Position numbers and translations under genes: made by a program. From Macrostomum lignano (lineage: Eukaryota), in the NCBI GenBank assembly GCA_002269645.1, contig NIVC01004478.1:59990-102614 (forward strand): DNA of 42,625 nt. Reading direction: 5' to 3'. Shown in pieces: positions 12,001 to 24,609 of this stretch (positions within the stretch are counted from its first letter, which is position 1; each line of letters opens with the position of its first letter). Below the pieces are notes generated by a model. That model did not search any database, was not told where the DNA came from, and saw only the letters and a program-made list of their open reading frames with translations.

Positions 12001-13290
12001 TATCAGGACTGTGTGTTTAATCAGTTGGTTTATCAGGACTGTGTGTTTAACAGTTGGTTTATCAGGACTATGTGTTTAATCAGTTGGTTTATCAGGACTG
12101 TGTGTTTAATCAGTTGGTTTATCAGGACTGTGTGTTTAATCAGTTGGTTTATCAGGACTGTGTGTTTAATCAGTTGGTTTATCAGGACTATGTGTTTAAT
12201 CAGTTGGTTTATCAGGACTGTGTGTTTAATAGTTGGTTTATCAGGACTGTGTGTTTAATCAGTTGGTTTATCAGGACTATGTGTTTAATCAGTTGGTTTA
12301 TCAGGACTGTGTGTTTAACAGTTGGTTTATCAGGACTGTGTGTTTAATCAGTTGGTTTATCAGGACTATGTGTTTAATCAGTTGGTTTATCAGGACTGTG
12401 TGTTTAATCAGTTGGTTTATCAGGACTGTGTGTTTAATCAGTTGGCTTATCAGGACTGTGTGTTTAATCAGTTGGTTTATCAGGACTGTGTGTTTAATCA
12501 GTTGGTTTATCAGGACTGTGTGTTTAATCAGTTGGTTTATCAGGACTGTGTGTTTAACAGTTGGTTTATCAGGACTATGTGTTTAATCAGTTGATTTATC
12601 AGGACTGTGTGTTTAATCAGTTGGTTTATCAGGACTGTGTGTTTAATCAGTTGGTTTATCAGGACTGTGTGTTTAATCAGTTGGTTTATCAGGACTGTGT
12701 GTTTAATCAGTTGGTTTATCAGGACTGTGTGTTTAATCAGTTGGCTTATCAGGACTGTGTGTTTAATCAGTTGGTTTATCAGGACTATGTGTTTAATCAG
12801 TTGGTTTATCAGGACTATGTGTTTAATCAGTTGGTTTATCAGGACTGTGTGTTTAATCAGTTGGTTTATCAGGACTGTGTGTTTAATCAGTTGGTTTATC
12901 AGGACTGTGTGTTTAACAGTTGGTTTATCAGGACTGTGTGTTTAATCAGTTGGTTTATCAGGACTGTGTGTTTAATCAGTTGGTTTATCAGGACTGTGTG
13001 TTTAATCAGTTGGTTTATCAGGACTGTGTGTTTAATCAGTTGGTTTATCAGGACTGTGTGTTTAATCAGTTGGTTTATCAGGACTGTGTGTTTAATCAGT
13101 TGGTTTATCAGGACTATGTGATTTGTTGGTTTATCAGGACTGTGTGTTTAATCAGTTGGTTTATCAGGACTGTGTGTTTAATCAGTTGGTTTATCAGGAC
13201 TGTGTGTTTAATCAGTTGGTTTATCAGGACTGTGTGTTTAATCAGTTGGTTTATCAGGACTGTGTGTTTAATCAGTTGGTTTATCAGGAC
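9040..13290. repeat. 30 bp satellite, ~140 units (ATCAGTTGGTTTATCAGGACTGTGTGTTTA), with higher-order structure
   Basis: Continuous 29-30 bp periodicity; rare unit variants recur at 1457 bp spacing. Confidence 0.97.
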
Positions 13291-13418
13291 TCTTCTATTC
13301 TCTCCTTTCCTCTCATCTGGGCCGCAGCCATGAGCTGGATTCTCTATCTGGTCCTTGAGGTGATAAGATTACCGCATAGCGAATTTCCCAGTCATTACCC
13401 GTCACCCTATCGCTATTC

Positions 13419-13697
13419 ATGAGCATGCCAGCAGTCCCCAGATCCGAGGTTCTGTCCCTCTACAAGCAGCTTCTCCGCTGCAGTCAGAAGTTCAATCTGT
13501 ACAATTTTCGAGTCTACGCTCGCGAAAAAGTTCGGCACGAATTTCGCCGTAACAAAGAGGTGTCAGATCCGGCTCAGGTGCGCAGCCTCCTTGATGAAGC
13601 TCGGCGAGGCTTAGAGTTGCTCCGACGTCAGACGGCTATTAATCAGATGTTCTCAACTCAGCGCTTGGTGATTGAGCAAGGACTCAAGCAGTTCTAA
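13419..13697 (+). CDS. LYRM4: LYR motif-containing protein 4 (ISD11), Fe-S cluster assembly; single exon, 92 aa
   Basis: EVLSLYKQLLR (LYR/K motif), FNLYNFRVYA, FRRNK...DP, LLRRQTAINQMFSTQRLVIE all match the ISD11/LYRM4 family pattern. Confidence 0.92.
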   Translation: MSMPAVPRSEVLSLYKQLLRCSQKFNLYNFRVYAREKVRHEFRRNKEVSDPAQVRSLLDEARRGLELLRRQTAINQMFSTQRLVIEQGLKQF

Positions 13698-13884
13698 GAC
13701 ATTTTAGGCCAGCCTGTTTCTTGTTTGTAGCAGAATTGTTTATGCAAGCTTTTGGAATTGTGGTTCACCAATTATGTCAGGGGTCGGCGGCCTTTTATAA
13801 TGTAAGGGCCAGATACAAAATCTTGTATTTTGAAAGCCTATTGACCAAAAGCTTTGACTTCTCTTCAGTGCATTTGGTGCTGCA

Positions 13885-15115
13885 GAGGGAGGGAGATGAG
13901 GGAGATAGGGATAAACAGTGAGGAGAATAGGTGAGAAACGATAGGACAGAAGGAGAGAGAGGAGATGAGACAGGAGAAAGAAGAGGAGAGAGAGGAGATA
14001 AGACAGGGGAGAAGGAAGAGAAGAGAGGGGATGAGACACATGGAGAAGGAAGAGGAGAGAGGGGATGGGACACATGGAGAAGGAAGAGGAGAGAGGGGAT
14101 GGGACACATGGAGAAGAAAGAGGAGAGAGAGGGGATGAGACACGGGAGAAGAAAGAGGAGAGAGGGGATGAGACAGGGGGAAAGGAAGAGGAGAGAGAGG
14201 GGATGAGACAGGGGGAAAGGAAGAGGAGAGAGAGGGGATGAGACAGAGGGAAAGGAAGAGGAGAGAGAGGGGATGAGACAGGGGGAAAGGAAGAGGAGAG
14301 AGAGGGGATGAGACAGAGGAAAGGAAGAGGAGAGAGAGGGGATGAGACAGAGGAAAGGAAGATGAGAGAGAGGGGATGAGACAGAGGGAAAGGAAGAGGA
14401 GAGAGAGGGGATGAGACAGAGGAAAGGAAGAGGAGAGAGAGGGGATGAGACAGAGGGAAAGGAAGAGGAGAGAGAGGGATGAGACAGAGGAAAGGAAGAG
14501 GAGAGAGAGGGGATGAGACAGAGGAAAGGAAGAGGAGAGAGAGAGGGGATGAGACAGAGGAAAGGAAGATGAGAGAGAGGGGATGAGACAGGGGGAAAGG
14601 AAGATGAGAGAGAGGGGATGAGACAGGGGGAAAGGAAGATGAGAGAGAGGGGATGAGACAGGGGGAAAGGAAGAGGAGAGAGAGGGATGAGACAGGGGAA
14701 AGGAAGAGGAGAGAGAGAGGGGATGAGACAGAGGAAAGGAAGATGAGAGAGAGGGGATGAGACAGGGGGAAAGGAAGATGAGAGAGAGGGGATGAGACAG
14801 GGGGAAAGGAAGATGAGAGAGGGGATGAGACAGGGGGAAAGGAAGAGGAGAGAGAGGGATGAGACAGGGAAAGGAAGAGGAGAGAGAGGGGATGAGACAG
14901 GGGAAAGGAAGATGAGAGAGAGGGGATGAGACAGGGGGAAAGGAAGATGAGAGAGAGGGGATGAGACAGGGGGAAAGGAAGATGAGAGAGAGGGGATGAG
15001 ACAGGGGGAAAGGAAGATGAGAGAGAGGGGATGAAACAGGGGGAGAAGGCAGAGGAGAGAGAGGGGATAAACAGGGGGAGAAGGAAGAGAGAGAGGAGAT
15101 GAGACAGAGGAAGAA
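13885..15115. repeat. Purine-rich ~31-34 bp minisatellite (GAGAGAGGGGATGAGACAGGGGGAAAGGAAGA)
   Basis: Direct reading of the sequence. Confidence 0.9.
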
Positions 15116-15604
15116 AAAAGTAATAAAGTGCAGGAGGCCGGACACCAAGGAGGGCGGACCAAGTAACACAAGTGTACAATGCTTTAAAAATACATTTGAG
15201 GCGGCACTTCAGGTTTTGTTGTTAATTGCAAAGCAAGCCTACCCCTGAAGTAAGCATTATTTTGCAACAAATTAGTTTGATAAGCTGACTCTGAGACTCG
15301 CATCTCGCCTAATTTATCTTGGAAAACTCATTAAATAGTTGTAATCCATCTATTGACACTTAGACACCGATAGTTGCATTCAGTTTGAATATTTTGTATT
15401 GTTAATTTATATTCAGTTGTAGTCGGTTTCTATTAATTAAACCGGTAGTGTGTTTGCAGCAATGGTAGCATACATTTCATTTCATTTTTTTGCTCTTTCA
15501 TAAATACACAATCGGATTTGGAGTTGAGAGCTTCTCTTTGAAACCATCTTTTGTAAGCAAGTCATGCTTTTTAATAGATATATTTAGTACGTTGATTCGT
15601 TAAG

Positions 15605-16371
15605 TCCTTTAGTAGGTTGCCGCTACCCCTCCCTGATCCTTTAGTGGGTTGCCGCTACCCCTCCCTGATCCTTTAGTGGGTTGCCGCTACCCCTCTCTGA
15701 TCCTTTAGTGGGTTGCCGCTACCCCCTCCCTGATCCTTTAGTGGGTTGCCGCTACCCCCTCCCTGATCCTTTAGTGGGTTGCCGCTACCCCCTCCCTGAT
15801 CCTTTAGTGGGTTGCCGCTACCTTCTCCCTGATCCTTTAGTGGGTTGCCGCTACCCCCTCCCTGATCCTTTAGTGGGTTGCCGCTACCCCCTCCCTGATC
15901 CTTTAGTGGGTTGCCGTTACCCTCGCCCTGGTCCTTTTGTGGGTTGCCGCTACCCCCTCCCTGATCCTTTAGTGGGTTGCCGCTACCCCCTCCCTGATCC
16001 TTTAGTGGGTTTCCGCTACCTCCTCCCTGATCCGTTAGTGGGTTTCCGCTACCCCTCCCTGATCCGTTAGTGGGTTTCCGCTACCCCTCCCTGTTCCGTT
16101 AGTGGGTTTCTGCTATCCCTCCCTGATCCGTATCCTTTTGTGGGTTGTCGCTACCCTCGCCCTGGTCCTTTTGTGGGTTGTCGCTACCCTCGCCCTGATC
16201 CTTTTGTGGGTTGTCGCTACCCCTCCTGATCCTTTTGTGGGTTGTCGCTACCCTCGCCCTGATCCTTTTGTGGGTTGTCGCTACCCTCGCCCTGATCCTT
16301 TTGTGGGTTGTCGCTACCCCTCCCTGATCCGTTAGTGGGTTTCTGCTACCTCCATGATCTGTTAGTGGGTT
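15605..16371. repeat. 32-33 bp minisatellite (CCGCTACCCCCTCCCTGATCCTTTAGTGGGTTG)
   Basis: Units at 15620, 15652, 15684, 15716 ...; diverges toward the 3' end. Confidence 0.92.
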
Positions 16372-16470
16372 GCCAATACTAAGTGCTACTAATAGCAGTC
16401 AGGTTCATTTATCGTCTATTTAATTTTCAAGAGCAATTTAATTGCATGCATAACTGCCGAATCAACTTTA

Positions 16471-19400
16471 ATGAAGCAGAAGGCATCAAAGCCGGTCAAA
16501 GAGATTGAGGGTGCCGCAGCACCTGCGCCTCGAGGTCCTCAGCGGCCGGGCGGGATTGAGAAGGCAAAGAAGAATAAAAATCGAAGAAAATTAAAATTAA
16601 AGCGCAAGAAGGCAAAGAAAGCAGCTGCCGCTTCTAAAAGCAGAAATCTTGCGAGTCAGGAAATTCAAAAGCCAGCAGCTGAAGAAACCAAACCGGAACA
16701 GAGCGCCAATTCCAGTCTGGACATGTCCATGTGGGAGTCTTTGGGCGTCTGCCAACAGATTGTTGCGGCACTGCGCGATTTGGGCTTTGCGGAGCCCACC
16801 GCTATTCAACGGGAGGCCATTCCTGCCGCGCTGCGCGACCGGCGGGACGTCCTTGGCGCTGCCGAGACTGTAAGTGTCCATGTCCATCGTGTCTGTCTCC
16901 ATCCTGTCTGTGTCTATCTTGTCTGTGTCCATCCTGTCTGTGTCCATCTTGTCTGTGTCCATCCTGTCTGTGTCCATCTTGTCTGTGTCCATCCTGTCTG
17001 TGTCTATCTTGTCTGTGTCCATTTTGTCTGTGTCCATCCTGTCTGTGTCCATCTTGTCTGTTTCCATCCTGTCTGTGTCCATCTTGTCTGTGTCCATCCT
17101 GTCTGTGTCCATCCTGTCTGTGTCCATCTTGTCTGTGTCCATCCTGTCTGTGTCCATCCTGTCTGTGTCCATCTTGTCTGTTTCCATCCTGTCTGTGTCC
17201 ATCTTGTCTGTGTCCATCTTGTCTGTGTCCATCCTGTCTGTGTCCATCCTGTCTGTGTCCATCTTGTCTGTGTCCATCCTGTCTGTGTCCATCTTGTCTG
17301 TTTCCATCCTGTCTGTGTCCATCCTGTCTGTGTCTATCTTGTCTGTGTCCATCCTGTCTGTGTCCATCTTGTCTGTTTCCATCCTGTCTGTGTCCATCTT
17401 GTCTGTGTCCATCGTGTCTGTCTCAGTTCCCTGTCTGTGTCCATCGTGTCTGTCTCAGTTCCCTGTCTGTGTCCATCGTGTCTGTCTCAGTTCCCCTGTC
17501 TGTGTCCATCGTGTCTGTCTCAGTTCCCCTGTCTGTGTCCATCGTGTCTGTCTCAGTTCCCCTGTCTGTGTCCATCGTGTCTGTCTCAGTTCCCCTGTCT
17601 GTGTCCATCGTGTCTGTCTCAGTTCCCCTGTCTGTGTCCATCGTGTCTGTCTCAGTTCCCCTGTCTGTGTCCATAGCTTAACCATACAGCCGCACACTAT
17701 GAAGATACTCCTTACAACCGCATAAACTAACCCCCAGGGCAGCGGCAAGACCCTGGCATTCGGCATACCGGTTATACAGCGCATTATGACTATGAAATCA
17801 GCTTCGGCTACTAGAGCTGCCGCGGTCAAGCAGCTCGCCGACATCGACGATGACGACAACGACGATGTCGGGGACCAAGCCGACGCCATCGAATCTGCCG
17901 ACGAAGACGCCGACCAGTCGCCGGACGAAGCGGAACTGGCCGAATGTGGCTGGGCCGACGGCGATATCGAAGAGGATCTGGGCCTGCTGGCCGGCAGCCT
18001 GACCGAGCTTGGCCCAGACGGGCAGCCCGTGGGAGCGCCGCAGACTCTGGCCTATTCGGCCGAGAACGTCTTCGAAGATGACGGCAGCGCTAAAAAACGC
18101 GCGGCAGGCTGTACTGCTTAGTGCTGAACCTACTAGGGAGCTGGCTAAGCAGGTGCGCTATGATTCCTATGTACTTTTAGATCATCTGTACTTTTATATA
18201 GTTTCCTGTGTACTTTAGATTCTTAGCTTTCTGTTTCTCTTAAAATTGTCCATCGAATTTGCTACTTTCCTAGAACTTTTAGAGGATCGTCTGTACTTTA
18301 AAAAACTTCTGTGTACTTTTAGGTTCTTAGTCCTGTACTTTTAGAAGCTCCCTATGTACTTTTATATTCTTAGCTCTTAGCTCGGTGTACTTTTTAGATT
18401 CTTAACTAAGTACTTTTAAAAGTTCCGTGTACTTTTAGATTCTCAGCCCTGTACTTTTCAAAGCTCTCTGTGTACTTTAGGATTCTTAGCTATGTACTTT
18501 ATAATTGCAAAAAATGGTACAACCGCCAGGTGGCCGCTCACCTGCAGCGAGTTGCCGTCCATACCGGCGTCACCGTGGCCGCTGTCCTTGGCGGCCTGTC
18601 CGCCCAACGTCAGGAGCGTCTCCTGGCTGGCCGGCCGGACATAGTTGTCGGCACGCGCCGGCGGCTGGGATCTGATCCAATCTGGCCAGCCCATCTATCC
18701 GGCGGTCTGGCCAGCCTACCGATGCTGGTGCTGGACGAGGCCGACCGGCTGGCCGAGCCGGACACTTTGCCGAGATGCGAGCACTGCTGGAACGAATCAA
18801 CGCCAATGCCAACGACGACGATTCAAAGGCGACTTCAGCTGAGCGGCCTCCTTGTCGCCGGCAGACGTTGCTATTCTCGGCCACGCTAACTTTTGTCCAC
18901 CGACCGCCCGAGCGGCCGGACCAGCGCCGATCCAAGCTGAAACGAATGCGCCAGCTGGGCCCGGACGATCGGGCCGCTGCGCTGGCCGAACTGGTCGGAA
19001 TGTCTGGCAAGCCGAAATTAGTGGACACGACTAGGCGGGTTGGCGGCCTCACAGAGTTCCGGCTGGACTGCGAGGCAAGGACAAAGATCTGTGAGTTTGT
19101 GTGGCATTGACTAGTATGCAAAATTGAAGCTTTTCAGTTAGAGATTGAAAGCTGTCAGTTAAAGATTGGAAGCCTGTCAGTTAAAGATTGGAAAGCTGTC
19201 AGTTAAAGATTGGAAGCCTGTCAGTTAAGATTGGAAGCCTGTCAGTTAATGATTGGAAGCTCTCAGTTAGAGATCGGAAGCCTGTCAGTTAGAGATTGGA
19301 AGCTCTCAGTTAGAGATTGGAAGCCTCTCATTTAGAGATTGGAAGCTCTCAGTTAGAGATTGGAAGCTCTCAGTTAGAGATCGGAAGCTCTCAGTTAATG

Positions 19401-22400
19401 ATCGGAAGCCTGTCAGTTAGAGATTGGAAGCTCTCAGTTAGAGATTGGAAGCCTGTCATTTAGAGATTGGAAGCTCTCAGTTAGAGATTGGAAGCTCTCA
19501 GTTAGAGATCGGAAGCTCTCAGTTAGAGATTGGAAGCTCTCAGTTAGAGATTGGAAGCTGTCAGTTAGAGATTGGAGCTCTCTCAGTTAGAGATTGGAAG
19601 CTCTCAGTTAGAGATTGGACGCTCTCAGTTAGAGATTGGAAGCTCTCAGTTAGAGATTGGAAGCTCTCAGTTAGAGATCGGAAGCTCTCAGTTAGAGATT
19701 GGAAGCTGTCAGTTAGAGATTGGAAGCTCTCAGTTAGAGATTGGAAGCTCTCAGTTAGAGATTGGACGCTCTCAGTTAGAGATTGGAAGCCTGTCAGTTA
19801 GAGATTGGAAGCTCTCAGTTAGAGATAGGAAGCTGTCAGTTAGAGATTGGAAGCTGTCAGTTAGAGATTGGAAGCTCTCAGTTAGAGATTGGAAGCCTGT
19901 CAGTTAGAGGTTGGAAGCTCTCAGTTAGAGATTGGAAGCTGTCATTTAGAGATTGGAAGCTTGTCAGTTCGAGATTGGAAGCCTGTCAGTTAGAGATTGG
20001 AAGCCTGTCAGTTAGAGATTGGAAGCCTGTCATTTAGAGATTGGAAGCTCTCAGTTAGAGATTGGAAGCCTGTCAGTTAGAGATTGGAAGCTCTCAGTTA
20101 GAGATTGGAAGCTGTCAGTTAGAGATTGGAAGCTGTCAGTTAGAGATTGGAAGCTCTCAGTTAGAGATTGGAAGCCTGTCAGTTAGAGATTGGAAGCTCT
20201 CAGTTAGAGATTGGAAGCTGTCATTTAGAGATTGGAAGCTTGTCAGTTCGAGATTGGAAGCCTGTCAGTTAGAGGTTGGAAGCTCTCAGTTAGAGATTGG
20301 AAGCTGTCATTTAGAGATTGGAAGCTTGTCAGTTCGAGATTGGAAGCCTGTCAGTTTAGAGATTGGAAGCCTGTCAGTTAGAGATTGGAAGCCTGTCAGT
20401 TAGAGATTGGAAGCCTGTCAGTTAAAGATTGGAAGCCTGTCAGTTAGAGATTGGAAGCTCTCATTTAGAGATTGGAAGCCTGTCAGTTAGAGATTGGAAG
20501 CTCTCAGTTAGAGATTGGAAGCCTGTCAGTTAGAGGTTGGAAGCTGTCAGTTAGAGATTGGAAGCTCTCAGTTAGAGATTGGAAGCCTGTCAGTTAGAGA
20601 TTGGAAGCCTGTCAGTTAGAGATCGGAAGCTCTCAGTTAGAGATTGGAAGCTCTCAGTTAGAGATTGGAAGCCTGTCAGTTAGAGGTTGGAAGCTGTCAG
20701 TTAGAGATTGGAAGCTCTCAGTTAGAGATTGGAAGCTCTCAGTTAGAGATTGGAAGCTCTCAGTTAGAGATTGGAAGCTGTCAGTTAGAGATTGGAAGCT
20801 CTCAGTTAGAGATTGGAAGCTCTCAGTTAGAGATTGGAAGCCTGTCAGTTAGAGGTTGGAAGCTGTCAGTTAGAGATTGGAAGCTCTCAGTTAGAGATTG
20901 GAAGCCTGTCAGTTAGAGATTGGAAGCCTGTCAGTTAGAGATCGGAAGTCTCAGTTAGAGATTGGAAGCTCTCAGTTAGAGATTGGAAGCCTGTCAGTTA
21001 GAGGTTGGAAGCTGTCAGTTAGAGATTGGAAGCTCTCAGTTAGAGATTGGAAGCTCTCAGTTAGAGATTGGAAGCCTGTCAGTTAGAGGTTGGAAGCTGT
21101 CAGTTAGAGATTGGAAGCTCTCAGTTAGAGATTGAAAGCTCTCAGTTAGAGATTGGAAGCTCTCAGTTAGAGATTGGAAGCTGTCAGTTAGAGATTGGAA
21201 GCTCTCAGTTAGAGATTGGAAGCTCTCAGTTAGAGATTGGAAGCCTGTCAGTTAGAGGTTGGAAGCTGTCAGTTAGAGATTGAAAGCTCTCAGTTAGAGA
21301 TTGGAAGCTCTCAGTTAGAGATTGGAAGCCTGTCAGTTAGAGATTGGAAGCTCTCAGTTAGCTGCTAGACGTCAGATGCTAGATGTTAGCTCTCAGATTA
21401 GCTGTTAGATGGGAATTTACTATCCTGATCCGAATCAAATCCCGATAATCTCCTCCGCCCGCCCTGTCAGCTACCTGTGGTGGCTGCTCCGCAGTCGCCG
21501 AGGCCGCACGCTGGTGTTCTGCGCCAGCAAAGACACGGTCAGGCGGCTGCACCGGCTGCTAACTTTGCTCCGCTGTCCCAACTGTCGGCCTTTGCATTCA
21601 GATATGCAGCAGCGACAGCGATTGAAAAGCTTGGATAGATTCTCGGCCAATCCCGACTCGGTGCTGCTGGCGACTGATGTGGCGCGCTCGCGGATTGGAC
21701 ATCCCCGGAGTGGAGCACGTGGTGCACTATCAGGTGTGTGCGATTGGCTTAATGACTGGTAGTGTGTTCATAGGCTTGTAGAGTATATTGCAAATCAGAT
21801 AGTAGTCAAGTTGATAGGGTAGGGTAGAAAGTAGACAGTAAAGTAGAGTAGACAGTAGTTAAGTTCATAGAGAAGGTAGTAGAGTAGACAGTAGACAAGT
21901 TGGTAGAGTAGGGTAGACAGTAGAGACAAGTTGGTATAGTAGGGTAGATAGTAGACAAGCTGGTGGAGTAGTAGGGTAGATGTAGATAGTAGACAAGCTG
22001 GTGGAGTAGAGTAGACAGTAGCCAAGCTGGTAGAGTAGGGTTAATAGTAGACATGCTGGTATAGTAGAGTAGACAGTAGACAAGCTGGTAGAGTAGGTTA
22101 GATAGTGAGACAAGCTGGTAGAGTAGGGTAGATAGTAGACAAGCTGGTAGAGTAGGGTAGATAGTAGATAAGCTGCTAGAGTAGGGTAGATAGTGAGACA
22201 AGCTGCTAGAGTAGGGTAGATAGTAGACAAGCTGGTAGAGTAGGTTAGATAGTAGACAAGCTGGTTGAGTAGGTTAGATAGTAGACAAGCTGGTAGAGTA
22301 GGTTAGATAGTAGACAAGCTGGTAGAGTAGGTTAGATAGTAGACAAGCTGGTTGAGTAGGGTAGATAGTGAGACAAGCTGCTAGAGTAGGGTAGATAGTA

Positions 22401-23217
22401 GTAGACAAGCTGGTAGAGTAGGGTAGATAGTAGACAAGCTGGTAGAGTAGGGTGAACAGTAGACAAGTCAGATACGCTACACTTATTAGCAACTAGTCGC
22501 GTGCCTCCCCTCCAACCTCCGAAGGTGCCGAAGGTGTCGGAGCTCTACCTGCACAGGTGCGGCCGAACCGCTCGGGCCAGCCGCAGCGGCACCGCAGTCG
22601 CCCTGGTGTCGCCTGAGGAGGCCGGCCCGCTGCGCCGACTGCTGCGCGGACTCGGCCGCGGCAGCGATGGCGACGTCGACGACGCCGGCGAAAGCGACAA
22701 TCTGGCAGCGATGTCGGCGCCGCCCAGCCAAGAGCAGCTGGCCCGGCTCAGGCCGGCCGTGACGGCCGCTCACTCCATCGAGTCCGAGGAGCACCGCCTG
22801 CTCCGGCAGCACGCTAAACGGCTGTGGTTCGAACGGACAGCTCAAGAGCTCGAGCTCGATCCCGACCTGCCCGAACTGGTCGATCGCCGGGCCGACGACG
22901 AAGGCGTTGAACTGTCCAATCACCTGGCTAAGCTGGATAAGCCAACTAGGAAGTGGCTGGACTCGGCAAGGTCGCGGCTCAATCAACTTTTAAACGAGCT
23001 GGACTCAACGAATAATAATAATAGTTCCAATTCTGCCTGTGGCGCCGCTACAGCGGCTGGCGGTTTGCCTCGGTCGCTTCGCTACCCAATGCTGTGCCCT
23101 GCCATCACCACTAGTCGGGGCACCGAGTTACTTGGCAACAAAGCTTCTTTCGCTTCTTCATCTCCTTCCGGTAGCGCGGCGATTGGGAGGAAACCGCGGC
23201 GGAATCGGAGGACTTGA
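16471..23217 (+). CDS. DDX24: DEAD-box RNA helicase DDX24/Mak5; exons 16471-16869, 17738-18152, 18530-19090, 21471-21733, 22525-23217; about 8 apparent single-base indels
   Basis: Q motif GFAEPTAIQ; AAET|GSGKT followed by a long acidic insert typical of DDX24; PTRELA; GG; DEAD (18734-18745); SAT; RTLVF; ATDV..RGLDIP (frameshifted); HYQ|VP; HRCGRTARA. All splice sites are GT-AG. Confidence 0.9.
16874..17672. repeat. DDX24 intron 1 array: 15 bp unit (GTCTGTGTCCATCCT) changing to a ~28 bp unit
   Basis: Direct periodicity; the switch occurs near 17410. Confidence 0.93.
18165..18500. repeat. DDX24 intron 2 degenerate TGTACTTT(T)AG repeats
   Basis: Recurrent TGTACTTT core. Confidence 0.65.
19125..21360. 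repeat. DDX24 intron 3, 21 bp minisatellite (CAGTTAGAGATTGGAAGCTCT)
   Basis: 21-22 bp periodicity over about 2.2 kb. Confidence 0.96.
21800..22470. repeat. DDX24 intron 4, ~29 bp minisatellite (GTAGACAAGCTGGTAGAGTAGGGTAGATA)
   Basis: Direct periodicity. Confidence 0.9.
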
Positions 23218-23279
23218 TTGATTTACGATGGCGCTTAAAAAGAACTAAAACTTTCTTTCTTAAATATCCCATCATAGAC

Positions 23280-24298
23280 TTCAGATCCCTAATAGAATCC
23301 CCATTTCTAAGATCCCATCATCAAGCCCCCCAGATCCCTTATAGAATACCCATTTTTAAGATCCCATCGCCAAACCCCTCAGGTCCCTAATAGAATCCCC
23401 ATTTCTAAGATCCCATCATCAAGCCCCTCAGATCCCTAATAGAATACCCATTTCTAAGATCCCATCATCAAGCCCCTCAGATCCCTAATAGAATCCCCAT
23501 TTCTAAGATCCCATCATCAAGCCCCTCAGATCCCTAATAGAATACCCATTTCTAAGATCCCATCATCAAGCCCCTCAGATCCCTAATAGAATCCCCATTT
23601 CTAAGATCCCATCATCAAGCCCCTCAGATCCCTAATAGAATACCCATTTCTAAGATCCCATCATCAAGCCCCTCAGATCCCTAATAGAATACCCATTTCT
23701 AAGATCCCATCATCAAGCCCCTCAGATCCCTAATAGAATACCCATTTCTAAGATCCCATCGCCAAACCCCTCAGATCCCTAATAAAATCCCCATTTCTAA
23801 GATCCCATCGCCAAACCCCTCAGATCCCTTATAAAATCCCCATTTCTAAGATCCCATCGCCAAACCCCTCAGATCCCTTATAAAATCTCCATTTCTAAGA
23901 TCCCATCATCAAGCCCCTCAGATCCCTTATAAAATCTCCATTTCTAAGATCCCATCGCCAAACCCCTCAGATCCCTTATAAAATCTCCATTTCTAAGATC
24001 CCATCATCAAGCCCCTCAGATCCCTAATAAAATCCCCATGTCTAAGATCCCATCGCCAAACCCCTCCTCAGATCCCTAATAGAATCCCCATTTCTAAGAT
24101 CCCATCGCCAAGCCCCTCAGATCCCTAATAGAATCCCCATTTCTAAGATCCCATCATCAAGCCCCTCAGATCCCTAACAGAATCCCCATTTCTAAGATCC
24201 CATCATCAAGCCCCTCAGATCCCTAACAGAATCCCCATTTCTAAGATCCCATCATCAAGCCCCTCAGATCCCTAATAAAATCCCCATTTCTAAGATCC
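23280..24298. repeat. 49 bp tandem array downstream of DDX24 (AGATCCCTAATAGAATCCCCATTTCTAAGATCCCATCATCAAGCCCCTC)
   Basis: Units at 23401, 23450 ... Confidence 0.95.
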
Positions 24299-24609
24299 GA
24301 GTACTCTCCAGACACCTAAGCACTCTTACGGCCAAGACATTCTTCCCGAATTCCAGCATTTTTTTCGACGCAATAAAAGTACAAATAGTTTATGTTTGTG
24401 TTTATTGCGCGCGTTGTTGGCACTGGCCTAATTCATCAGCATTTTTTAAATTTGATAATCTAGTGCTAAGATAGCAAAACTGTTAGTAATGCTTTTCAGG
24501 ATAAGTACAGGATAATTAAATTGAACCATTGCTAGATGCTACTGGTTTGGTTTTTTTTGTTTTTTAATTCTATTTTTATACCTTCATTAGTTACTGATTG
24601 ACTTTGGGA

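Noticed and set aside
9012-13422. Dozens of LVYQDCVFNQ / WFIRTVCLIS ORFs
   Set aside because: Translations of the stop-free 30 bp satellite.
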